Shown piece by piece: positions 56,040 to 62,970 of a stretch of 64,000 nt of DNA (its first letter is position 1; each line of letters opens with the position of its first letter). The DNA lies in assembly GCA_965231085.1 (NCBI GenBank), contig OZ246413.1, forward strand, positions 155,991 through 219,990, given 5' to 3'. This DNA is from an uncultured Candidatus Saccharibacteria bacterium (lineage in GTDB: Bacteria > Patescibacteriota > Saccharimonadia > Saccharimonadales > UBA10212). The notes beneath the pieces are model-generated. The model was given only the letters and a program-made list of their open reading frames with translations, did no database searches and was not told the DNA's origin. The position numbers and the translations under genes are program-made.

Positions 56040-56660
56040 ATGAAACTGACTAGATATTACCAGAGCTGTCTAATTGTTGAAGAAGATGGTGTCCGGCTGT
56101 TAATAGACGCTAGCGTCCAGGAGATCGAGAGGATTGAGCAATTTGGCCATATTGACGCAGTGCTTTTTACTCACGAACATTCAGATCATTTTAGCTCCGA
56201 GCTTGCTGAAAAGTATCGCCAAATTGGTGTTCCAATTTATGCTAACGATAGTACTGCTAAAAATATGATCAGCCCGCCAAATATTATGGTCAGTGGCCAG
56301 GAATTTGAGGTGAAGGGTGTAAAAATTAAGCCAATAGATTTACCGCACTGTCTGTTGTTCGACGGCCGTAGCGGACCTCAGAATACAGCTTTGCTTATAA
56401 ATAACAAGTTTCTGGATTCGGGCGATAGCGTGGAAATAACTAGCCTAACGGCGGAGATTGCTGCTATCCCAATGGTTGGGCCGGATGTATCTTTTAAAGA
56501 TTCGATTGCCTACGCTAAAAGTCTGCAAGCTAAAGTCATAGTGCCTCTGCACTATGACTATCTAGGGGGTAATCCCGAAGTTTTTTCTGAAGTTCTGGCT
56601 AGGGTTAATTCTGGGCAGCAGGTGCGTCCGCTTCAATTGGGCGAGACGGTGCAACTGTAG
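56040..56660 (+). CDS. Metallo-beta-lactamase-fold hydrolase
   Basis: HxHxDH motif (HEHSDH). 206 aa. Confidence 0.75.
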   Translation: MKLTRYYQSCLIVEEDGVRLLIDASVQEIERIEQFGHIDAVLFTHEHSDHFSSELAEKYRQIGVPIYANDSTAKNMISPPNIMVSGQEFEVKGVKIKPIDLPHCLLFDGRSGPQNTALLINNKFLDSGDSVEITSLTAEIAAIPMVGPDVSFKDSIAYAKSLQAKVIVPLHYDYLGGNPEVFSEVLARVNSGQQVRPLQLGETVQL

Positions 56661-57318
56661 GACGGTGCTCTATAGCGCCTAGAATGTCCTGAAACTGAAA
56701 CCAGGGGCCAAGTTTTATTAAATCTAAGATCGCTGTTTTAAAAGCCTCGGTAGTTGGCCGCAGCCCCTCGTTTGCTACTAGCCCATTCATAAACTGACTG
56801 TCCCAAACCGCTTCTTGCATTTGCTGAATCATAGGCGCTGGTTTACCCATAACTTGGCCGACGGCGGGTAGCTGGGTTAGATCTGCAGGAACAGCCTTTT
56901 TGCCAAAGGCTCTCGTGATACTAAATCTACCAACTTTGCGTTGTGGTTCTAGAACGCTTTCGCGCTCAGCCTTGTCTTGGCGGGCAATTTCAAGAGCACG
57001 GTTCATATCCGCAATTAGTCTTTCAACAGTTGCTCGGATCAAACTTATTCCACCATCAGGGGCTTTTTGAGCCTCTTGGGCTAGAATGGTAGCTAACTTA
57101 GAAAAAGTTAAGCTAATCATGGCTTCAGCAGCGTCAACATAGGAGTCTTGTTTACTATGATCACCTGCTGCAAAATTCGCTAGATAAACTGCTAGTATCC
57201 CATAAGTTTCACTAATTAGCTCCTCCGGCGAGGGGGATCTTTCGGCGGTGGGTATATGTAAATTAATGTCTGGTTTCATATCTGGGGCAACTATAGTTAT
57301 AGAAGTTTGATTCGTCAA
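56605..57318 (-). CDS. Hypothetical protein (237 aa; start uncertain)
   Basis: Backbone-like composition. Its 3' end overlaps the convergent MBL gene by 56 nt. Confidence 0.5.
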   Translation of the reverse strand: MTNQTSITIVAPDMKPDINLHIPTAERSPSPEELISETYGILAVYLANFAAGDHSKQDSYVDAAEAMISLTFSKLATILAQEAQKAPDGGISLIRATVERLIADMNRALEIARQDKAERESVLEPQRKVGRFSITRAFGKKAVPADLTQLPAVGQVMGKPAPMIQQMQEAVWDSQFMNGLVANEGLRPTTEAFKTAILDLIKLGPWFQFQDILGAIEHRPTVAPSRPIEADAPAAQN

Positions 57319-57338
57319 GACTCGCTAGAAGGGTCTCG

Positions 57339-57377
57339 CCAAAACCAACTACTAAAAAAGTAATTACCTTTGGTGAG
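57339..57377. repeat. Flank repeat, copy A (ends in TAATTACCTTTGGTGAG)
   Basis: Imperfect direct repeat of about 40 nt matching 58073-58114. The terminal 17-mers match at 16 of 17 positions. Confidence 0.75.
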
Positions 57378-57379
57378 AC

Positions 57380-57416
57380 GGGCGACGCACACGGGTACTT
57401 CCCGCATACGTCGCCC
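57380..57416 (-). terminator. GC-rich hairpin downstream of the I9 ORF
   Basis: Outer stem gggcgacg...cgtcgccc with an inner acggg/cccg pairing. Confidence 0.5.
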
Positions 57417-57443
57417 TGGTTGCGCTTTTTAAGGGCCGCGCAA

Positions 57444-57956
57444 CTAGCCCGCCTTGCGCCGAGGCTCGGCGAAGGGAATCCCGGCGCTCATGATCCCCTC
57501 GTTGAAGAGCTGGAGGTCGTAGGTCACCACGGCTGCCTCCGGCTTCTCGGCCGTCTCGTCCGAGCTGGTGATCGGCTTGACCTTGGCCGCCTGGCGGTCG
57601 ATGTCCAGCGCGATGAGGCACAGGACGACGCCGCAGATCCCCAGCACCCAGAGGTAGTCGAGAGGGTTGGGCAGGGCGTGCCCGGCCATCAGACCGACCG
57701 ACAGCGTGATGACGCCGCTGCCGATGAGCGTCGCCTCGTCCTTCTGGATGTAGGCGATGGCGATCAGCATCAGGAACGCGAACATCAGCAGGTAGGCGAG
57801 AGCTCTGGCCCAGTCGGGCCCGAGATCGCCGTTCCACCAGCCGAGGTTCTTGGCACCGAGCTTGGTGGCGCCGCTGCACAGCAGGCAGACGATCAGCGCC
57901 AGGTTGGAGAACATCAGGCCGTACTTCACGTCGTTGGCGGTGACGCGAAGATGCAC
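57444..57956 (-). CDS. I9 membrane protein (170 aa, about 4 TM + acidic tail) with a G-H motif
   Basis: GTG at 57956 lies 7 nt after AGAGGAGG. Contains AGHALPNPLDYLWVLGI. Confidence 0.65.
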   Translation of the reverse strand: MHLRVTANDVKYGLMFSNLALIVCLLCSGATKLGAKNLGWWNGDLGPDWARALAYLLMFAFLMLIAIAYIQKDEATLIGSGVITLSVGLMAGHALPNPLDYLWVLGICGVVLCLIALDIDRQAAKVKPITSSDETAEKPEAAVVTYDLQLFNEGIMSAGIPFAEPRRKAG

Positions 57957-58017
57957 TTCAAGACCTCCTCTTGGGAGAGTTCTTGTACCACCGCAGAACT
58001 TCAGTGGATTGATATAG

Positions 58018-58046
58018 ATTATACAATTTAAAGCCTTATTTAGCAA
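58018..58046 (-). promoter_or_regulatory. Sigma70-like promoter for I9
   Basis: Minus strand reads TTGCTA-N17-TATAAT, with leader box TCAATCCACTG 5 nt downstream. Confidence 0.55.
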
Positions 58047-58072
58047 TAAGACGTAAAGAAGAGCTACTCTTA

Positions 58073-58114
58073 CCAAAACCTACTAACTTCTAAGGGTTAA
58101 TAACCTTTGGTGAG
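58073..58114. repeat. Flank repeat, copy B (ends in TAATAACCTTTGGTGAG)
   Basis: See copy A. Confidence 0.75.
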
Positions 58115-58147
58115 GAGCAGACACGCATATCATATGCGTGTCTGCTC
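58115..58147 (-). terminator. 16-bp perfect palindrome downstream of the I10 ORF
   Basis: Reads gagcagacacgcatat-c-atatgcgtgtctgctc. Confidence 0.6.
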
Positions 58148-58192
58148 GGGGGTGGGCGGGGAACGTGGGCCAGCATCACTCAGCGTTGGATG

Positions 58193-58597
58193 CTAGCGCG
58201 ACTTGGGGTGGCCGTCGTCGATGTTCCACCGGTACGTGGCCGTGAGGAAGTAGACCACCGCGTAGGCCACCAGGATCCACTTGCCGCTCTCGAACATCCC
58301 CGACGGGATGGAGTGGCCGAACAGCAGCATCACGATCGCGATGGCCAGGCCGCTGAGGCAGACCACGACGGGCTTCTTGATGAAGTAGCCGATGACCGAC
58401 GCGACGGCGACGGAGCAGACCACCAGCCAGCCGAACAGGTCGGTGGTGGCCGAGCTGAGGCCGACGGTCAGCGGGCCCGGGTCGCTGTTGATCATGATGG
58501 CGTTGTCGGCGGCGTAGTGCGCGCCGATCAGCAGCAGCGCCAGGATCGAGCCGAAGGCGTACAGGCCGTACATCAGGTGCTGCAGGCGGATGTTCAT
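58193..58597 (-). CDS. I10 membrane protein (134 aa, about 4 TM) with a G-H motif
   Basis: ATG at 58597 lies downstream of GGGAGG. Contains FGHSIPSGMFESGKWILV and is collinear with the I9 protein. Confidence 0.65.
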   Translation of the reverse strand: MNIRLQHLMYGLYAFGSILALLLIGAHYAADNAIMINSDPGPLTVGLSSATTDLFGWLVVCSVAVASVIGYFIKKPVVVCLSGLAIAIVMLLFGHSIPSGMFESGKWILVAYAVVYFLTATYRWNIDDGHPKSR

Positions 58598-58659
58598 TTG
58601 TGAATCGACCTCCCTGGGTCGTTGCGCCGCCAAGCGGGATTGCCAGCGGATTGAGAGGT

Positions 58660-58688
58660 ATTATATAACAAAACACTGTAAAAAGCAA
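58660..58688 (-). promoter_or_regulatory. Sigma70-like promoter for I10
   Basis: Minus strand reads TTGCTT-N17-TATAAT, with leader box TCAATCCGCTG 5 nt downstream. Confidence 0.55.
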
Positions 58689-58745
58689 TATCTAGGTTAA
58701 ACAAACAGAATATAACAAACCTGTAGTAGAATTAAAGGGTAAACA

Positions 58746-59321
58746 ATGATAAGAAAACGAAAACCGCGTGTATACGCTTTTATAGATAGCCAGAACCTAA
58801 ACGTTAGCGTGCAGAACTATGGCTGGAAAATGAACTGGAAAAAGTTCAGAGAGTTTTTAACTGATAAATACGGAGTCGATAAGGCTTTTATGTTTATTGG
58901 CTATGTACCAGAACACGAGGATTTATACGAGAAAATGCACGAGGCCGGTTATGCTGTGGTATTAAAGCAAACTTATGACATGAGTCGCCCAGCACCAGAG
59001 GCTAGCCCAGACAAAAAGCCAGGCGAGGAGCGCAAGATTAAAGGCAATGTGGATGCTGACCTTGTGCTTTGGGCCATGAAGGAACTGAGCAACTACGATA
59101 AGTGCATTATAGTGTCCGGTGACGGCGATTTTCATAGCCTCGTAGAGTACTTAATTAGTAAAAATCGTTTACTTAGGCTATTGACGCCTACCGGCCATTA
59201 CTCTAGCTTGTATCGGCCGCTAGAGCAGTATATTGACCGTATAGATGAACATCGCCGTGAACTAGCCTATTACGATAAAAAGAAACCTCATCAGGCTAAC
59301 AATCACAATGCAGGGCAATAA
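58746..59321 (+). CDS. NYN/LabA-like domain protein (putative RNase)
   Basis: AFIDSQNL...GNVDADLVLWAM...IVSGDGDFHSLVEYL. Confidence 0.65.
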   Translation: MIRKRKPRVYAFIDSQNLNVSVQNYGWKMNWKKFREFLTDKYGVDKAFMFIGYVPEHEDLYEKMHEAGYAVVLKQTYDMSRPAPEASPDKKPGEERKIKGNVDADLVLWAMKELSNYDKCIIVSGDGDFHSLVEYLISKNRLLRLLTPTGHYSSLYRPLEQYIDRIDEHRRELAYYDKKKPHQANNHNAGQ

Positions 59322-60594
59322 GCAGTCTAATTTATCAAAAGATTTTTTATGGGGCGCTAGCACTTCTGCGTATCAGGTGGAAGGCAATAGCCGCACCCAG
59401 TGGACAGAGTGGGAGATTGCCAACGCTGACCGCCAGGCAAAAAAGGCCAGCCGCCGATATCTAAAATACATACGCCTATCAACAAAAACCTGGCATCGCA
59501 TAAAAGATCAAGCCGAAGACCCTGAAAACTACATCAATGGGCCAGGGGTAGATCACTACAATCGTTACCAAGAAGACTTCGACATATTAAAGCAGCTCAA
59601 CTTTAATAGTTTTAGATTTGGCATTGAGTGGTCCAGAATCGAACCAACAGAAGGTCAGTGGGATCAAGCAGCCATCGATCATTACAAAAAATATATTGCT
59701 GAACTCAAGAAAAGAAACATAGAGCCAGTCATTAATCTCTGGCACTGGACTAATCCCATATGGTTCGAAGAGAAAGGTGCCTTTTTAAAGCGCAAGAACA
59801 TCAAGTATTTTGAGAGATTTGTCGAGAAAATCACCCAAGAACTATTAACAGACATCAACTACGTAATAGTTATTAATGAGGCTAACAACTACGCATTGCT
59901 TTCATACTTGCTAGGCTATTGGCCACCCCAAAAACGAAACGTAGTTTCCTTTGTTCGATGTTATTACCATCTGATGCTAGCTCAAAAAAGATCCTATGCG
60001 ATAATAAAGTCCAAAAAACCCAACGCTAAAGTCGGGACGGCTCACAGCGTTACACCGGCCGAGTCTGTAAATAAATACAACCCAGTGAGCCGACTGGTAG
60101 AGGCATTTATTAATTACACCTTCTGCGACTGGTTTTATGCCCGTATAAAAAACCATCAAGATTTTATTGGAGCCAATTATTACCAAACTCATCATGTTCG
60201 AGGTGTATTGATTTTTAATTTTAAGAATGAACCCAGGAATGATATAGGTTGGTACATGGAGCCGCGATCTGTTGGTAAGGTGGCCTCAAGGCTTTATAAA
60301 AAGTTTGGTAAAGAAGTTATTATCACCGAAAATGGTCTGGCTGACGCCCAGGACCAGCACCGTAAATGGTGGATACAAGAAACCCTGGCTGGGCTGGAAG
60401 AAGCCGCCGCTAACGGTGTTAGGATATCTGGCTATTTCCACTGGAGTTTATTAGATAACTTTGAATGGGCCGAAGGCTGGTGGCCTAAGTTTGGGCTGGT
60501 AGAAGTAGACCGCAAGCATGACATGAAGCGTACAATTCGCCCTAGTGCCAAATGGTTCGGCGAAGAGCTAGCCAGACGCCAGAAACATAACTAA
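59308..60594 (+). CDS. Glycoside hydrolase family 1 (beta-glucosidase-like)
   Basis: FLWGASTSAYQVEG N-terminus, NEA acid/base region and the ITENG nucleophile motif. Confidence 0.8.
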   Translation: MQGNKQSNLSKDFLWGASTSAYQVEGNSRTQWTEWEIANADRQAKKASRRYLKYIRLSTKTWHRIKDQAEDPENYINGPGVDHYNRYQEDFDILKQLNFNSFRFGIEWSRIEPTEGQWDQAAIDHYKKYIAELKKRNIEPVINLWHWTNPIWFEEKGAFLKRKNIKYFERFVEKITQELLTDINYVIVINEANNYALLSYLLGYWPPQKRNVVSFVRCYYHLMLAQKRSYAIIKSKKPNAKVGTAHSVTPAESVNKYNPVSRLVEAFINYTFCDWFYARIKNHQDFIGANYYQTHHVRGVLIFNFKNEPRNDIGWYMEPRSVGKVASRLYKKFGKEVIITENGLADAQDQHRKWWIQETLAGLEEAAANGVRISGYFHWSLLDNFEWAEGWWPKFGLVEVDRKHDMKRTIRPSAKWFGEELARRQKHN

Positions 60595-60636
60595 GCTTGA
60601 CCATTTTAACAGATTGTGCTATAGTGTAATTCGAAC

Positions 60637-60984
60637 ATGACAGAAACAAAAAGCACAATAGATCCTGCAGTCGAGAGTCAAGCCACGGAGCTTGACTATA
60701 GGTTCACTGTTTTTACTACCGAACAAAGACAGGAGAGAGCTAAAGCATTAGCCGAACTAGCAGACAGGCGGGCCCAAAGACGAGAAGCCAAAGGTAGAGG
60801 CAGGACTATGAGCCGAGCGACACTCGGTCTGGCAGTAGCTTCCGCAGCTCTAGTATCGGCTATTAGTATTGGTTTACGACCACAGGAAGTTATACATGCC
60901 GTCTTCCCGGACGATCAGCCACCTACTACTCATAGCAACTACCAGCATCGCAACGCCGAGTTCTTGGCTAGTGAACCTAGATAG
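60637..60984 (+). CDS. Hypothetical protein with one TM segment (115 aa)
   Basis: Open frame with a hydrophobic segment (LGLAVASAALVSAISIGL). Confidence 0.45.
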   Translation: MTETKSTIDPAVESQATELDYRFTVFTTEQRQERAKALAELADRRAQRREAKGRGRTMSRATLGLAVASAALVSAISIGLRPQEVIHAVFPDDQPPTTHSNYQHRNAEFLASEPR

Positions 60985-61039
60985 CCAGCAGACACCATAT
61001 ATTGTGTAATTATTAGCTAACTAGTATTTCTGTGGATAA

Positions 61040-61063
61040 GTGCCCTCACAAGAGGGCACTTTT
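61040..61063 (+). terminator. Intrinsic terminator
   Basis: Reads gtgccctc-acaa-gagggcac, then tttt. Confidence 0.75.
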
Positions 61064-61082
61064 GTATATAAAGTACTTGCTA

Positions 61083-61130
61083 GTGGGTAGTAGTGGGTTA
61101 TATGCTGTTGTCAGTGGGTAATCGTGGGTA
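61083..61130 (+). promoter_or_regulatory. Four phased GTGGGTW direct repeats: candidate MraZ operator
   Basis: Boxes at 61083, 61093, 61114 and 61124, spaced 10, 21 and 10 bp, lying 68-115 nt upstream of the mraZ ATG. Confidence 0.6.
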
Positions 61131-61197
61131 GCCAAAACAGCTAGGTCACGAAGAAAACAAAAAGCCACTAGTAGATCAAAAAGATAGTAAGGAAACC

Positions 61198-61566
61198 ATG
61201 GGAGACTACTTCGAACGAAAGCTTGACGATAAGCGGCGGCTGACAATTCCAGCTGAACTTAGAGACGAGTTTGAAAGCGGGGCAGTCATTACCAGGGGTT
61301 TTCGTAATTATCTGCACCTTTACCCAAAGGCAGTTTGGAATGAACAAGTCGAACCAGCTCTAGCAGGGAATATCCTGGATGAAGCTACGGCCGATCTAAA
61401 CGTTCAGTTCCGAACCGGTAAAACCGATAGCGAGATTGATGCTAAGCAGGGCAGGATCCAGCTACCGCAGCATTTACTAGACTTTGCAGGCATCGATAAA
61501 GATGTTGTTGCAGTCAGGGCCGGACGCTACTGGCGTTTAATGGCCAAAGCCCAAGAAGCTCTTTAA
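61198..61566 (+). CDS. mraZ: Transcriptional regulator MraZ (short form)
   Basis: Two DxxxR-type repeats (LDDKRRLTIP and DAKQGRIQLP). First gene of the dcw cluster. Confidence 0.8.
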   Translation: MGDYFERKLDDKRRLTIPAELRDEFESGAVITRGFRNYLHLYPKAVWNEQVEPALAGNILDEATADLNVQFRTGKTDSEIDAKQGRIQLPQHLLDFAGIDKDVVAVRAGRYWRLMAKAQEAL

Positions 61567-61911
61567 TAATCGAATCATTTCCTGGCGCGATAAGAAAAAC
61601 CCGTAGGGGTATCTTATGGCAAGTTCGAGATTAGCTATTCGACAGTCAACCGGTGAATCAAAGGAAACATCGTCAAAAAAATCCTCGCACCTTTTAACAT
61701 TTGTAACACCTCCCAAAACTCCACCTCACAAAAGTCTCTTTCTAAAAAAAGAACTTTCTTTAGAGTCTAAGATAAGAATCTCTAGCCTTTAACAAGCTAG
61801 ACCAAATTCGCATCCTAAGCTCTTCGTTCGACAAAAACAAAAAACTCCAAAGTAAAAACAAAAAGCTGACTGTCGATTAGGTGATCTCGTAAAACAAAAA
61901 TTTCACCAAAA

Positions 61912-62041
61912 CCCAGCACTTACCGTGCAGTTCTCCGCTAGCGCGGATAAAAATAACTAACGGCGAGAAAGGGAAAAGAGTTGCCAACACGAGCCAGGTA
62001 GTAATAAATTGTAAAATTTATTCTGCAAGGTAAGTGCTGGG
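61912..62041 (+). ncRNA. Candidate structured RNA or cis-regulatory element upstream of rsmH
   Basis: 19-bp long-range stem (18 of 19 paired) cccagcacttaccgtgcag / ctgcaaggtaagtgctggg encloses 92 nt. It lies in a 490-nt region with no ORF of 60 aa or longer. Confidence 0.25.
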
Positions 62042-62055
62042 CAAAACAAAAATAG

Positions 62056-62970
62056 ATGCGCCAAAACACACAACGCGGGGAGCGTTTGCACATCCCGGTA
62101 TTAGCCAAAGAAGTTATTGACTACTTGCAGCCGCAAGCGGGAGATAGCTATTTGGATCTAACAGCTGGTTACGGTGGTCACACCGAATTAGTTCTTAGTA
62201 TTACTAAAGCACCTCAGAAGGCCACTTTGGTCGATAGAGATGAAAAAGCAATAGAAGTACTAGTTAGCAAATTCCCAAACTCAGAAGTCATTCATAACGA
62301 CTTCTTGAGCGCCTGCAAGGTTCTGAAAGAGCAGGGTAGACAGTTCGATTGTATTTTGGCCGATCTAGGAATAAGTTCGCCGCACCTTGATAATCCCGAA
62401 AGGGGATTTGCGTTCAAAACATCAGGACCGCTCGACATGCGAATGGACCAAAGGCAGCAAAAAACTGCTAACCAGTTGGTCAACGAAGCAAGCGAGCAAG
62501 AACTGGCCGATATCATCAAAAGATACGGCGAAGATCCAAGGGCCAAGGCCATAGCCAAAACCATAGTGGCTAGCCGACCAATAGGCACCACTGATGAACT
62601 GGCGCAAGTCATAGAATCCGCGCACGGACGAAAATTTCGTTCACGAAAAGTACATCCAGCAACCCTAACTTTTCAGGCGCTAAGAATAGCTATTAACGAT
62701 GAGCTCACACAAATTGAGCAAAGTTTACCGCTGATGGAAAGCTTGCTAGCCCCGGGTGGGCGGCTAGCAATCATCAGCTTCCATAGCTTGGAAGATAGGA
62801 TCGTTAAAAGTTATTTCAAAGAAAATGCTGGCGATAGATACGATGCAAATTTACGGCTACTGACTAAAAAGCCAATCGTCGCTACCAGCAATGAATTAGT
62901 TTTAAATCCGCGAGCCCGCAGTGCAAAATTGCGAGTCGCAGTAAAAATAAAAACAATAGAAGGGAAGTAG
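62056..62970 (+). CDS. rsmH: 16S rRNA (cytosine1402-N4)-methyltransferase RsmH/MraW
   Basis: HIPVL start, DLTAGYGGHT, DLGISSPHLD and SFHSLEDRIVK motifs. Confidence 0.9.
   Translation: MRQNTQRGERLHIPVLAKEVIDYLQPQAGDSYLDLTAGYGGHTELVLSITKAPQKATLVDRDEKAIEVLVSKFPNSEVIHNDFLSACKVLKEQGRQFDCILADLGISSPHLDNPERGFAFKTSGPLDMRMDQRQQKTANQLVNEASEQELADIIKRYGEDPRAKAIAKTIVASRPIGTTDELAQVIESAHGRKFRSRKVHPATLTFQALRIAINDELTQIEQSLPLMESLLAPGGRLAIISFHSLEDRIVKSYFKENAGDRYDANLRLLTKKPIVATSNELVLNPRARSAKLRVAVKIKTIEGK

Larger units (their letters stand above)
57378..57972 (-). other. High-GC cassette I9
   Basis: Composition step. Confidence 0.8.
58110..58625 (-). other. High-GC cassette I10
   Basis: Composition step. Confidence 0.8.

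Noticed and set aside
19884-58033. Calling the cassette promoters 'extended -10' (TGn) promoters
   Set aside because: On recount, the TG dinucleotides directly abut the hexamers (TGTATAAT, TTGTAGAAT) rather than being spaced by one nucleotide as in the TGnTATAAT consensus.
18252-58625. Explaining the high-GC cassettes purely as metagenome mis-assembly or contamination
   Set aside because: This is not excluded, but I disfavour it. All 20 junctions fall in intergenic gaps, and no backbone gene is truncated. Cassettes carry AT-rich promoter-like sequences continuous with the backbone, and some share non-coding modules. Read mapping is required to settle the question.
57364-58688. 171-aa (-), 203-aa (+), 170-aa (-) and 137-aa (+) ORFs over I9 and I10
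   Set aside because: These are Arg/Gly/Asp-rich alternative frames. The membrane-protein frames have an SD and a shared motif architecture.
61046-61246. 66-aa minus-strand ORF over the mraZ operator and start
   Set aside because: It is antisense to the mraZ 5' end and the repeat boxes, so it is most likely spurious.
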